From Macrostomum lignano (Eukaryota), in NCBI GenBank assembly GCA_002269645.1, contig NIVC01000690.1, positions 124,001 to 188,000 on the forward strand: a stretch of DNA of 64,000 bases. Direction: 5' to 3'. Every line of letters starts with the position of its first letter. Within the stretch, counting starts at the first letter, position 1. The position numbers and the translations under genes are program-made. Below are positions 36,665 to 50,422 of this stretch, piece after piece. The notes beneath the pieces are model-generated. The model saw nothing but the letters and a program-made list of their open reading frames with translations. It ran no database searches and was not told the DNA's origin.

Positions 36665-37275
36665 CAGTAGAGAAGTAGACAGGAGGGAGAAAAGTAAACA
36701 TGAAGAAGAGAAGTAGACATGAGGAGGAGTCGACAGTAAGGAGAGAAGTAGATAGGAGGGAGAAAAGTAGACAAGAAGGAGAGAAGTAGATAGGAGGGAG
36801 AAAAGTAGACAAGAAGGAGACAAGTAGTCAGGAAGGAGAGAAGTAGACAGGAAGGAGAGAAGTAGACAAGAAGGAGAGAAGTAGGCAGGAAGGAGAGAAG
36901 TAGACAGGAAGGAGAAAGGTAGACAGGAAGGAGAGAAGTAGACAGTAAGGAGAGAAGTAGACAGGAAGGAGAGAAGTAGGTAGGAGGGAGAGAAGTAGGT
37001 AGGAGGGAGAGAAGTAGACAGGTAGGAGAGAAGTAGACAGGAGGGAGAGAAGTAGACAGGAGGGAGAGAAGTAGACAGGTTAGAGAATAGACAGGTGGGA
37101 GAGAAGTATACAGGAGGGGGAGAAGTAAACAGGAGGGAGAGAAGTAGACATGTTGAAGAGAAGTAGACAGGAAGGAGAGAAGTAGACAGGTTAGAGAGTA
37201 TACAGGAGGGGGAGAAGTAGACAAGTGAGAGAGAAGTAGACACAGGAGGAAGAGAAGTGGACAGGTGGGAGAGAA
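36665..37275. repeat. ~19-bp minisatellite (GAGAAGTAGACAGGAAGGA) in protocadherin intron 5
   Basis: Direct reading. Confidence 0.9.
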
Positions 37276-37308
37276 GCAGAGACCCTAAGAAAACCCAAGC
37301 CGACTCAC

Positions 37309-40300
37309 CCGCCAATCGACCGGCTTCCTCGCCATCGTCGACCTTCTCGCCGACGCCGCCGTCGACGCCGCCGATAAAATTGCTGCGACTTCTTCGACTG
37401 TCGGGCTCGCCGCTTTGGAACTGCACCGGGCGTCCGCGGCGGCGGCAGGGCCGCAGGAGGACCAGTGCAGCGGCGGCCGCCAAGACCAGCAGCAGGAAGA
37501 AGAAGACAATCAGACCGATGACCACGGTGGCTCTCATACGGTGGCTGGCCGAGTAACTGTCTTTGCCGGCGTTCCTGCCGCCACTGCCCCCGCCTGAGGC
37601 ACCGTCTGGTCCCCCAGATGCGGCAGGATATTCGCTGGAGTCCACTATTCGAACCCAGACTCGAACTGTTGAACTGAGCGAGCTTGGGTTGCCGTGGTCC
37701 CTAGCCTGGATGGTGAGCGGGAACTGCTCGGGCTGGCCCTCACCGAGCCGCGTCACGGACTTGATGACGTACAGCGTGCCCGAGCTCGAGTCGATTTGTA
37801 GGCCGGAATTGGTTGCATCGATGAGCGAGTAGGATACCCGACCGTTGTCATGGAGATCGCTGTCTATGGCTTTGGCCTCGAGTAGCGAGTAGCCAGCCGT
37901 GGCACCAACGGGCAGCTTGAGGACTTGGCCGTCTGAGGGCTGCGGGTGTTTGGCAATGGGTCAATGAGTGAGTCAGCTAATGGGTCAGTAAATGGGTCAG
38001 CTAATGAATCAGTAATTGGGTCAGCTAATGGGTCAGTAAATGGGTCAGCTAATGAGTCAGTAAATGGGTCAGCTAATGGGTCAGTATATGGGTCAGCTAA
38101 TGAGTCAGTAAATGGGTCAGCTAATGGGTAAGTATATGGGTCAGTAAGTGGGTCAGCTAATGGGTCAGTAAGTGGATCAGCTAATGAGTCAGAAAATGGG
38201 TCAGCTAATGGGTCAGCTAATGGGTCAGTAAGTGGGTCAGCTAATGGGTCAGTAAGTGGGTCAGCTAATGAGTCAGTAAATGGGTCAGTACGTGGGTCAG
38301 TAAATGGGTCAGTACGTGGGTCAGCTAATGGATCAGTAAGTGGGTCAGCTAATGGGTCAGTAAGTGGGTCAGTTAATGGTACATAAAATAATTGAATCGG
38401 CAGTTTCCAAACTGCTTTAAAGCAAACAGACACAGCACAGCAAAAGCAAAATTCGAACCTGCAGAAATCTCGGCCGGCAGTCATTTACGTCGGTCACTTC
38501 GACAAAGACGGTCGCAGTGCCGGTGTGCCTGACTCCGTCCCGGTTGCTAGAAGTTTTACCGTCTAACGCCAGCACCCGAAATTCGTAGGTGCTCCTGGTC
38601 TCCCTGTCGAGCCTGTCCAGCAGGTTGATGGTTCCGGTGGTCTGGTCCAAGCGGAATAGGCGTCGAATTTCGTGATCGACATCGTGGTCGATTCGGTATT
38701 CGATGGCCGAGGCGTCGGATTCATCGGCGTCGTCAGCAGCCACGGTGCCGACTTTGCGGTAGTCCTTGGCCTCCTCGGCCACCCGGAACTTGTACTCGGA
38801 GCTGCGGAACCTCGGCGCGTTGTCGTTGCGGTCTTCGATGGTCACCACGACTGTGGCCGTGTCGGTGTGGGTCGGGTCCGAGTCCGACACCAACACTTGG
38901 AGAGTCACCTGTTGTATGGTTGGGGGCCGGGACTGAGAATGGGCTTCGATCCTGGTAGCTTCGAGGGGAGAGGGATTAGAAGGGATGGGGAAGACAGAGA
39001 GGAATGAGAGGAGGGAGGAAAGGTGAGTAGATATGAGAATAAAATGAGTATAAAAAGGTTAGGGAAATGGGGTAGGCAGGGTAGACAGAGGGAAGTAGAT
39101 AGGGGAGACAGGGGGGAGTAGACAGGGAGACAGAGGGGAGTAGACAGGGGAGACAGGGGGAGTAGACAGGGGAGACAGGGGAGACAGAGGGGAGTAGACA
39201 GGGGAGACAGGGGGGAGTAGACAGGGAGACAGAGGGGAGTAGACAGGGGAGACAGGGGGGAGTAGACAGGGGAGACAGGGGGAGTAGACAGGGGAGACAG
39301 GGGGGTAGACAGGGGAGACAGAGGGGAGTAGACAGGGAAGACAGGGGGGAGTAGACAGGGAGACAGAGGGGAGTAGACAGGGGAGACAGGGGGAGTAGAC
39401 AGGGGAGACAGGGGGAGTAGACAGGGGAGACAGGGGGAGTAGACAGGGGAGACAGGGGGAGTAGACAGGGGAGACAGGGGGTAGACAGGGGAGACAGAGG
39501 GGAGTAGACAGGGAAGACAGAGGGGAGTAGACAGGGGAGACAGGGGGGAGTAGACAGGGGAGACAGGGGGGAGTAGACAGGGGAGACAGGGGGGAGTAGA
39601 CAGGGGAGACAGAGGGGAGTAGACAGGGGAGACAGGGGGAGTAGACAGGGGAGACAGGGGGGAGTAGACAGGGGAGACAGGGGGAGTAGACAGGGGAGAC
39701 AGGGGGGTAGACAGGGGAGACAGAGGGGAGTAGACAGGGGAGACAGGGGGGAGTAGACAGGGGAGACAGGGAGGGGGGGAGACAGGGAAGACAGAGGCTA
39801 CGGAGACCGGGAAGAACAAGAATCCAAAGCTCACTTGTGCCTCGGAGCGGCGCCCAGCAGCAACAGAGGCGCCAGTCAGGAGCTCGGGCGCCGCCAGCCT
39901 CGGGTCCTCGCGATCGAACGGCCGGACAGCGAACATCTCCCCTGTGCTGGCGTCGATCTGGAAGGCTCCATCGATCCAGGAAGCTGGAGACGTCGGCAAC
40001 AGGGAGTACACCAGCTTGTTGTTGGGCTCTTCATCAGCGTCCTTGGCTGTGACGAATCCGAGAGATCTTCGCTGCTGCCTGGGCTCATTCTCCGGCAGGT
40101 GAAATCGGAATGCGCCTCCTGGCGGCACCAGAAACCGCGGCGCATTGTCGTTCTGATCGACGATCCGCAGGCGGATTGTCGCGCTGCCGGTCAAGGACAC
40201 CGGCGGGTGTCCGCGGTCGGTGCAGACCACTGCCAGCTCCAACGTTGGCCGCTGCTCCCGGTCCAGAGATCGAGTAGACCTCAGGGTGTACATCCGGTCC

Positions 40301-43084
40301 CGCTGGCTACTGCTGGACGATGTCGACGCGGAGAGAACGAATCCGCCGACTAGCAGCCCGTCGGCGCCTCCCGGGGTGTCGCTGAGCTTGCAGTCGACCT
40401 CGCCGCCCGGCCCGGAGTCGCCGTCTCGGGCGTGCACTCTGGCGACATCAACGTTTGGCGTGTTCTCTGCGACAAGGCCGCGACCGGCTTGTTGAGGATC
40501 GTTGCTGAAGTAGATTACTGTTACCTGGCGACGGGTTGGGGTTACGGTTGTAGTTTTAATGGTTCAGGGTTCAGGGTTCAGGGTTCAGGGTTCAGGGTTC
40601 AGGGTTCAGGGTTCATGGTTTATGGTTCATGGTTCAGGGTTCATGGTTTAGGGTTCAGGGTTCAGGGTTCATGGTTCAGGGTTCAGGGTTCATGGTTCAG
40701 AGTTCAGGGTTCATGGTTTAGGGTTCATGGTTCAGGGTTCAGGGTTCAGGGTTCAGGGTTCAGGGTTCATGGTTCAGAGTTTAGGGTTCAGAGTTCAGGG
40801 TTCAGGGTTCAGGGTTCAGGGTTCATGGTTCAGGGTTCATGGTTTAGGGTTCATGGTTCAGGGTTCAGGGTTCAGGGTTCATGGTTCAGAGTTTAGGGTT
40901 CAGAGTTCAGGGTTCAGGGTTCAGGGTTCATGGTTCAGGGTTCAGGGTTCAGGGTTCAGGGTTTATGTTTTAGATGCTTAGGTGTTTATCTGCCTCTGAC
41001 CAAAGTGATCAAGACTTGATGCCAAGTCAACCCTTCACTCACCTCTGGCGTCTCGTCGTTGACATCAGTCACGGTGACCACCAGTTTCGCTTCAGAGCTC
41101 CTGCGCGGGCTGCCCCTGTCTGTGGCCACAACCAGCAGCTCGAGCACCGCCTCGCCGCTAGCCGGATCAAGCTTCGCCGATTCGGCATCAATTCGTCGAG
41201 CTAGCGACACCGCGCCTCGTCCGTCGGCAGTCCTGGTGACTCGGAACATGCCGGCATGCCGGCCGCCGGTCAGGGAGTAGTCCACGACACCATTCTGCCC
41301 GAAATCCTTGTCCGTGGCGAGGACAGTGGCCACCGGACTGCCTACTGGCGAGTCCTCTCTGAGCGGCTGACTGTGGTAAACCCCCTGCTCGAATACTGGG
41401 CGTTCGTCGTTGACGTCTGTGACCAGGACGTTCAGGGTGAGGGTTCCCGTTAGCTGGTTTCGACCGGAGTCCACTGCCAAGAGGTGCAGGGTGTACCTGA
41501 ATTTGGGAGGCCGAATGGAAAGCGGATGTCGTAATTTTGTGGCGCTAATTTGAATCTCTAGTAGACAAGGAGATAAAGGGGAGTTGACAGGGGAGACAGG
41601 GAAAATAATTAGCTACAACATCCGCCCCTATTAGCCACAACATCCGCCCCCATTAACTACTTCATAAAACATCCGCTCCAATTAGCTACAACATCCGCCC
41701 CCTATTAGCTACAACATCCGCCCCCAATTAGCTACAACACCCGCCCCCAATTAGATACAACATCCGCCCCCAATTAGATACAACATCCGCCCTTTATTAC
41801 CTACAACATCCGCCCCCAATTAGCTACGAAATCCGCTCCCTCCCCCTTAAGCTACAACATCCACCCCCGAGAGCTACAACACCCGCCCCCAATTAGATAC
41901 AACATCCGCCCTGAATTAGCTAAAACATCCGCCCGCTATTAGCTACAACATCTGCCCCCTATTAGCTACAACATCCGCCCCCTATTAGCTACAACATCCG
42001 CCCCCTATTAGCTACAACATCCGCTCCCCCCTTAAGCTACAACATCCGCCCTCTCAATTAGCTTCAACATTCGCCCCAATTAGCTACAACATCTGCCCCA
42101 ATTAGCTACAACATCCGCCCCCTATTAGCTTCGACATCCGCTCCCCCCTTAAGCTACAACATCCGCCCCCTATTAGCTTCGACATCCGCTCCCCCCTTAA
42201 GCTTCAACATCCGCCCCCTATTAGCTTCGACATCCGCTCCCCCCTTAAGCTACAACATCCGCCCCAATTAGCTGCAACATCCGCCCCAATTAGACACAAC
42301 ATCTGCTGCAACATCCGCCTCACCTGTCCTTCTCCTCCCTGTCCAAAACCCGGTTGGTGACCACGGACATCCGCTTGAACCGGCCGTCGCTGTCCTTGTC
42401 CAGACTGAACGGCAAATCCTCGCCAGCTTCCGCGTTGACCAGCCGGTATTCGACCCGGCCGTTGGCTCCCTGATCTGGATCAGCGGCAGTCAGACTCAAA
42501 GTCAGATCGGCGCCACTCATTCCCGACAGTCTGGCCGGCGATTTTTCACCTTCAGCAACTTGAAGAGTCGCCGAGCTGCTGGAGAACGTCGGCCGGTTGT
42601 CGTTGTCGTCGGCCAGCCGAAGGACGAGCTCTTCAATCCTGGTGGAGCCCGGCCTGTCGGCAACCGGCCGGACGATGGACAGAGGCAGTTCGCAGGGCTG
42701 CACGGAGTCGCAGCAGGGGTGCCGAGTCTGTCGCTGGCGTCGCTGCCCGTAGGCGCTGCTGGCGGGTCGGCACAGGTCGTCGCGATCCAGGCGTCGAAGA
42801 GTGTACAACTCGGCGCTGGTGCGGTTGATGGCCAGCCCGTCCACAATGACGGAGCCGGCGCTGTTTGGGAGGTTCATAACCTTCAGCAGCGACCAGGCTG
42901 TTTGGCTGCCGCCGAGGTTGAAACGTCGGTCAAGATTGTCCAGCACCACGCCTGCCGGGGTGTCGTCGCTCAGGTCGATGACCGGATGGCCGGAGGTCGA
43001 TGCGGCTGGGACTGCAGCGGCTGCGAGGCTGAGCAGCAGCAGCAGCAGCAGCTGAGTCACTGAGTCGCTGTTGATTGACAACAT
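37309..43084 (-). CDS. Protocadherin-like protein (7 cadherin repeats, delta-1-like architecture): signal peptide through transmembrane exons
   Basis: Exons 43084-42324, 41496-41043, 40524-39835, 38908-38459, 37939-37309. All are GT-AG and phase-consistent (2,0,0,0,1; 2986 nt). Signal peptide (LLLLLLLSLAAAA), Cys-containing EC1, six DxNDxxPxF-type linkers, LDRE motifs, a seventh repeat, and TM VVIGLIVFFFLLLVLAAAAALVLL followed by RPCRRR. Confidence 0.9.
37956..38382. repeat. 12-bp minisatellite (ATGGGTCAGCTA/GTAA) in protocadherin intron 4
   Basis: Direct reading. Confidence 0.95.
39075..39795. repeat. ~22-23-bp G-rich minisatellite (GTAGACAGGGGAGACAGGGGGGA) in protocadherin intron 3
   Basis: Direct reading. 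Confidence 0.95.
40561..40960. repeat. (GGTTCAG)n heptamer array in protocadherin intron 2
   Basis: Direct reading. Confidence 0.95.
41585..42320. repeat. ~21-23-bp minisatellite (ATTAGCTACAACATCCGCCCC) in protocadherin intron 1
   Basis: Direct reading. Confidence 0.95.
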
Positions 43085-43184
43085 CGCTGTTGGTTGGAGA
43101 GTGAGGAGGGTGATAAGAGTGACAGTGAGAGCGGCTATGCTTGTGATAATAATCAGAGAGTGAAATTAGGTAAGTGTGAAAAAC

Positions 43185-43745
43185 CAGAGTGAAAAAAGAG
43201 TGACAAATCAGAGTGAAAATAGAGTGACAAATCAGAGTGAAAATAGAGTGACAAATCAGAGTGAAAATAGAGTGACAAATCAGAGTGAAAATAGAGTTTA
43301 AAAAATCGGAGTGAAAATAGAGTGACAAACGGAGTGAAAATAGAGTGACAACTTGGAGTGAAAATAGAGTGACAACTTGGAGTGAAAATAGAGTGACAAC
43401 TAGGAGTGAAAATAGAGTGACAACTTGGAGTGAAAATAGAGTGACAAATCAGAGTGAAAATAGAGTGACAAACGGAGTGAAAATAGAGTGACAAATCGGA
43501 GTGAAAATAGAGTGACAACTTGGAGTGAAAATAAAGTGACAAATCAGAGTGAGATTTGGAGTGATAGGCAGAGTAACATTTAGAGTGACAATCGGAATGA
43601 AATGACAATTGAGTGATAGATCGGAGTGACGTACGTTGGAGTGACAGTCGGAGTGACATTTAGAGTGACTGATCGGAGTGAATTGACAATTGAGTGATAC
43701 ATCGGAGTGACGTACGTTGGAGTGACAATCGGAATGACAATATAG
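43185..43745. repeat. 24-bp minisatellite (AGAGTGACAAATCAGAGTGAAAAT) decaying to GGAGTGAC variants, upstream of the protocadherin ATG
   Basis: Direct reading. Confidence 0.9.
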
Positions 43746-44202
43746 TAACCAAATATACTATAGACAAGTTACCATAGATATTTTTATCCCAGAATCCCAA
43801 TTGGAGAAAGACCTGATCCCGCCATCCCTCATCCTTAACTCCGCCTGAGTCATCTCATGTCACTCCCAGCATCCAGCATCATGCATAACCAATGACCCCC
43901 ATTATTGCACAACGAGCATAAAATTGACAGCAACAAGTGAATTCAGCAAGCCAGCCAGCCTCCGCCAGCTCAAGATTAAACAGCACGCGCCCGCATCTTC
44001 AATTGAGAGGGGTTGGGAAGGTTTTACAACATGGGGGTCGCGCGCTATTGTTTGACTGGGAGATGAAGGGTTGTATGAGGAATCGCTAGGAGCTATAGAG
44101 GAGAATCAGAAAGGGCCAAGGATGGCCAGAGCTATATTTTGGAGTGCCAGATTTTCCAAAAACACTACATCCGCATTGTTCAGATCACTATGGGCTGACT
44201 AC

Positions 44203-45178
44203 ATTCTACATTCTACATTCTACATTCTACATTCTAAATTCTACATTCTACATTCTACATTCTGCATTCTACATTCTACATTCTGCATTCTAAATTCTAC
44301 ATTCTACATTCTACATTCTACATTCTACATTCTACATTCTACATTCTACATTCTACATTCTACATTCTGCATTCTAAATTCTACATTCTACATTCTGCAT
44401 TCTACATTCTACATTCCGCATTCTACATTCTACATTCTAAATTCTACATTCTACATTCTACATTCTACATTCTACATTCTACATTCTACATTCTACATTC
44501 TACATTCTAAATTCTACATTCTACATTCTACATTCTACATTCTACATTCCGCATTCTACATTCTACATTCTACATTCTACATTCTACATTCTACATTCTA
44601 CATTCTACATTCTACATTCTAAATTCTACATTCTACATTCTACATTCTACATTCTACATTCCGCATTCTACATTCTACATTCTACATTCCGCATTCTACA
44701 TTCTACATTCTACATTCTACATTCTACATTCTAAATTCTACATTCTACATTCTACATTCTACATTCTACATTCTACATTCTGCATTCTACATTCTACATT
44801 CTGCATTCTACATTCTACATTCTACATTCTACATTCTACATTCCGCATTCTACATTCTACATTCTGCATTCTACATTCTGCATTCTGCATTCTACATTCC
44901 GCATTCTAAATTCTACATTCTACATTCTACATTCTACATTCTGCATTCTACATTCCGCATTCTAAATTCTACATTCTACATTCTACATTCTACATTCTGC
45001 ATTCTACATTCCGCATTCTAAATTCTACATTCTACATTCTACATTCTGCATTCTACATTCCGCATTCTAAATTCTACATTCTACATTCTGCATTCTACAT
45101 TCTGCATTCTAAATTCTACATTCTACATTCTACATTCTACATTTTACATTTTACATTCTACATATTACATTCTGCATT
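44203..45178. repeat. (CATTCTA)n heptamer array, ~1 kb
   Basis: Direct reading. Confidence 0.97.
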
Positions 45179-45869
45179 CAAAATTTTCTTTCATCCTTCA
45201 AATTTCAGGGTTAAGTTGGGTTAGGGTTGTCACTCCAGTCTCTCGTTCTGAGGTCTCCTTGCCGGAGCTCAACAAGTCTCTGAAGCTCAGCCATTGTGGC
45301 TGAACCGGTCAACTTCTACTCAATCATTTACATGCTTGATAAAACAAAAAATGCGTGGAAAAAATCTACCTGCGCAATGGGGTTGGGGGTGATTTCTGTG
45401 AGTTGCCTTTTTTCGCTCATTTTGCTACAGCTCTCTGCAACTCTCTGTCTCTCTGTCTGCCCCAGCTGTCTTCTAAAGGCGGAACACAGGCGCCTGTATG
45501 TCTGATCTCAGCGTCCACCCCCCCCCCCCCAGCTAATCCCTCTCTTTCTGCACCCCCTTCCATAATTCCCTAATCCACTTGAAGCGAAGCATGCTGCCAC
45601 AAATAAGCCATTAAGCCTGTCGTATCTGGTCAAGGAGGTGAATCGCGGCGGCAGATGGCTGAGACAGGGGCGGCAACTGGTGGAGTTTATAATGAATAGA
45701 TTTAATTGTGCTCATGATTAGTTAGGAGAATTTGTTGCAAACCTACCTGATTCTAAGTTTGGCTTGAAACTAAAAAAAGTCGGAAGAAACAAATATATAT
45801 CTATGGCTGACAGCATGAAATGATGTGGACATGAAATCAATTGTAGATTTGGATTGCTGGTGAAAGAAA

Positions 45870-46435
45870 CCTACAATCTACCTCACAATCTGCCTCACAA
45901 TCTGCCTCACAATATGACTCACAATCTGCTTCACAATCTGCTTCACAATCTGACTCACAATCTGCCTCACAATCTGCTTCACAATCTGCTTCACAATCTG
46001 ACTCACAATCTGCCTCACAATCTGCTTCACAATCTGACTCACAATCTGCCTCACAATCTGCTTCACAATCTGCCTCACAATCTGCTTCACAATCTGCCTC
46101 ACAATCTGCCTCACAATCTGCTTCACAATCTGCCTCACAATCTGCCTCACAATCTACCTCCCAATCTACCTCCCAATCTGCCTCACAATCTGCCTCACAA
46201 TCTGCTTCACAATCTGACTCACAATCTGCCTCACAATCTGCTTCACAATCTATCTGACAATCTGCCTCACGATCTACCTCACAATCTGACCCACAATCTG
46301 TCTAATAATCTACCCACAATCTAGCTCACAAGCTGACTCACAATCTGACTCACATTCTGCCTCACGATCTACCTCACAATCTGACCCACAATCTGTCTAA
46401 TAATCTACCCACAAATCTGCCTCACAATCTGCCTC
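45870..46435. repeat. 12-bp minisatellite (CACAATCTGCCT)
   Basis: Direct reading. Confidence 0.95.
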
Positions 46436-46920
46436 AATAAGTACTTCACAGACTTCTTGAAATCTCACAATTCTCTCAAATCTCTCTGTCTTTCACCTCA
46501 TAGCTAGATGCAAGGCGCCCCTGCAGCTCAATTAGACTTATTCAGCTACATTAGCGACTAACTCAGAGTTTGAGCAGTCCGGCGGCTCTTTCTAATCCTC
46601 ACAACTCGGCCGGGGCGCGCGAAGTTTCAGATTTCCTCAAATAAAAAGGTGCTGATGATAAACAACTGCCTTTGCTTATCGTATTTCTCTCTTCCCCTTT
46701 CAATTACTGACTCAGGGCAGGGTTGCCTCACTTTCCTTTCTAACAGCAAAACGGGCTATTGGGTCGGCTGGGTAAGGTTATGCAATAGGCCTTATTTGTT
46801 TAACACCCATCCATGTAAGGGAATTTGATGGGAAAATTACATTGATTACTTTTATCGTTCCCCGCACCTGGTCGCTTGCTATTGTACCAGGTTTTTGTTC
46901 TCATAAGCAACTGCAGTAAA

Positions 46921-48365
46921 GCTTCCATCAGGGAAAGGAACAAGCTTCCATCAGGGAGAGGAACATGCTTCCACCAGGGAAAGGAACAATCTTCCATCAG
47001 GAGAGGAACAAGCTTCCATCAGGGAAAGGAACAAGCTTCCATCAGGGAAAGGAACAAGCTTCCATCAGGGAAAGGAACAATCTTCCATCAGGAGAGGAAC
47101 AAGCTTCCATCAGGGAAAGGAACAATCTTCCATCAGGAGAGGAACAAGCTTCCATCAGGGAAAGGAACATGCTTCCACCAGGGAAAGGAACAAGCTTCCA
47201 TCAGGGAAAGGAACATGCTTCCACCAGGGAAAGGAACAATCTTCCATCAGGGAAAGGAACAAGCTTCCATCAGGGAAAGGAACAAGCTTCCATCAGGGAA
47301 AAGAACATGCTTCCATCAGGGAAAGGAACAAGCTTCCATCAGGGAAAGGAACACGCTTCCATCAGGGAAAGGAACAAGCTTCCATCAGGGAAAGGAACAA
47401 GCTTCCATCAGGGAAAAGAACATGCTTCCATCAGGGAAAGGAACAAGCTTCCATCAGGGAAAAGAACATGCTTCCATCAGGGAAAGGAACAAGCTTCCAT
47501 CAGGGAAAGGAACAAGCTTCCATCAGGGAAAGGAACATGCTTCCACCAGGGAAAGGAACAAGCTTCCATCAGGGAAAGGAACATGCTTCCACCAGGGAAA
47601 GGAACAAGCTTCCATCAGGGAAAGGAACAAGCTTCCATCAGGGAAAGGAACATGCTTCCACCAGGGAAAGGAACAAGCTTCCATCAGGGAAAGGAACAAG
47701 CTTCCATCAGGGAAAGGAACAAGCTTCCATCAGGGAAAGGAACATGCTTCCACCAGGGAAAGGAACAAGCTTCCATCAGGGAAAGGAATAAGCTTCCATC
47801 AGGGAAAGGAACAAGCTTCCATCAGGGAAAGGAACATGCTTCCACCAGGGAAAGGAACAAGCTTCCATCAGGGAAAGGAACATGCTTCCACCAGGGAAAG
47901 GAACAATCTTCCATCAGGGAAAGGAACAAGCTTCCATCAGGGAAAGGAACAAGCTTCCATCAGGGAAAAGAACATGCTTCCATCAGGGAAAGGAACAAGC
48001 TTCCATCAGGGAAAGGAACAAGCTTCCATCAGGGAAAGGAACAAGCTTCCATCAGGGAAAGGAACAAGCTTCCATCAGGGAAAGGAACAGGCTTCCATCA
48101 GGGAAAGGAACAAGCTTCCATCAGGGAAAGGAACATGCTTCCACCAGGGAAAGGAACAATCTTCCATCAGGGAAAGGAACAAGCTTCCATCAGGGAAAGG
48201 AACAAGCTTCCATCAGGGAAAGGAACATGCTTCCACCAGGGAAAAGAACAATCTTCCATCAGGAGAGGAACAAGCTTCCATCAGGGAAAGGAACATGCTT
48301 CCACCAGGGAAAGGAACAAGCTTCCATCAGGAGAGGAACAAGCTTCCATCAGGGAAAGGAACAAG
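46921..48365. repeat. 23-bp minisatellite (GCTTCCATCAGGGAAAGGAACAA), array 1
   Basis: Direct reading. It gives a 23-aa periodicity in all three + frames. Confidence 0.97.
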
Positions 48366-49299
48366 AGAATATCAAGAGACAGGTTACCTTTTTTAAAAAT
48401 CGATTAATTCAATAATAAGCTCTTGCCTAGGGATCTTTAAATTCGTTCCCACAGTGTTTTTTATAGATGTATTAATAGAAATCAAGTGAATGCCATAGCA
48501 GTGGATTTATTGCTAGAGAAGTCCTGAATTCAAAGTTTTGTATAGGGAGAAAAGTTTCCATATGTACACACAGACACAGATTGGGAAGAATAAATCAGAG
48601 AGGCTGGGAGAGGGGAAGGAGAGGCTGATATGTTTGATATGCTTTAAAATAGACTCAGCATGCAGCTGGGCTCCATCATGAGCAGTGAAAGCAAGGGTTA
48701 TTTATTCAACAATCATCAGTATAATACCGTCTTCCGCATGCTTTTACCATCAAATCCTAACCAGAAAAACGCTTGAGTACACACACAATGCCCGCAGGAG
48801 CTCTAGTAGGTCTGCATTTGATGGGGGTTTGGAAAAATTTGCTGCACTCATGGAGGCTGGGCGTGTATTATGTATGGCTGAAATGTTCAAGTCTGTAAGT
48901 CTACCATCTGCTCGCTTGCTTTTAAAGTGACTTTTTAACCTGCTCTTTCACCAATGCATTGTTTCCCCGATGCCCTAAGCTCCTTATTACTTACGGCCTT
49001 AGCTATATGCATTTTGGGTGCCTTGACTCTGCCTGTCTCTCTCGGCTTTTTAGTCAAAGCTTTTTTCTAACCAAAAAATACTGTCTCTCTCATACCCGAC
49101 GACCCGTGACCCTGGCTGGGTGGGTGGCCTAACAGGTTCTTGCTTAATATGGGAAATATTGAAGCATAGGATGAGAAAGAGCTTTCATCTGGAATGAAAT
49201 GGGTTTACGCTTGAGCGGAGCGTTTTAAATGCGTTTGCAGCGGTACTTTTGGGATACGGCTGCGTTTTTAATGTTAATGGTTTCATTGCGGAATTCAAG

Positions 49300-50422
49300 C
49301 ATTCCCATCAGGGAAAGGAACAGGCTTCCATCAGGGAAAAGAACAAGCTTCCATCGGGGAAAGGAACAAGCTTCCATCAGGGAAAGGAACAAGCTTCCAT
49401 CAGGGAGAGGAACAAGCTTCCATCAGGGAAAGGAACAAGCTTCCATCAGGGAAAGGAACAGGCTTCCATCAGGGAAAGGAACAAGCTTCCATCAGGGAGA
49501 GGAACATGCTTCCATCAGGGAGAGGAACAAGCTTCCATCAGGGAAAAGAACAAGCTTCCATCAGGGAGAGGAACATGCTTCCATCAGGGAGAGGAACAAG
49601 CTTCCATCAGGGAAAAGAACAAGCTTCCATCAGGGAGAGGAACAAGCTTCCATCAGGGAAAGGAACAGGCTTCCATCAGGGAAAGGAACAGGCTTCCATC
49701 AGGGAAAGGAACAGGCTTCCATCAGGGAAAGGAACAAGCTTCCATCAGGGAGAGGAACATGCTTCCATCAGGGAGAGGAACAAGCTTCCATCAGGGAAAA
49801 GAACAAGCTTCCATCAGGGAGAGGAACATGCTTCCATCAGGGAAAGGAACAAGCTTCCATCAGGGAAAGGAACAAGCTTCCATCAGGGAGAGGAACAAGC
49901 TTCCATCAGGGAGAGGAACATGCTTCTATCAGGGAAAGGAACAAGCTTCCATCAGGGAGAGGAACATGCTTCCATCAGGGAAAGGAACAAGCTTCCATCA
50001 GGGAAAAGAAACAAGCTTCCATCAGGGAAAGGAACAAGCTTCTATCAGGGAGAGGAACATGCTTCCACCAGGGAAAGGAACATGCTTCCACCAGGGAAAG
50101 GAACACGCTTCCATCAGGGAGAGGAACAAGCTTCCATCAGGGAGAGGAACACGCTTCCATCATTCCATCAGGGAAAGGAACAAGCTTCCATCAGGGAGAG
50201 GAACAAGCTTCCACCAGGGAAAGGAACAAGCTTTCATCAGGGAAAGGAACAAGCTTCCATCAGGAGAGGAACAAGCTTCCATCAGGGAAAGGAACAAGCT
50301 TTCATCAGGGAAAAGAACAAGCTTCCATCAGGGAAAGGAACAAGCTTCCATCAGGAGAGGAACAAGCTTCCATCAGGGAAAGGAACAAGCTTCCATCAGG
50401 GAAAAGAACAAGCTTCCATCAG
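49300..50422. repeat. 23-bp minisatellite (GCTTCCATCAGGGA[A/G]AGGAACAA), array 2
   Basis: Same unit and orientation as array 1. Confidence 0.97.

Noticed and set aside
38905-39834. Pro/Ser/Leu-rich extension of the cadherin ORF 38905-40437 (and similarly 36632-37308)
   Set aside because: Read-through into intronic satellites past clear GTGAG donors.
40561-40960. Telomere-like array (GGTTCAG)n / GGGTTCA
   Set aside because: A 7-bp unit inside an intron. Only occasional TTAGGG variants, not a true telomeric tract.
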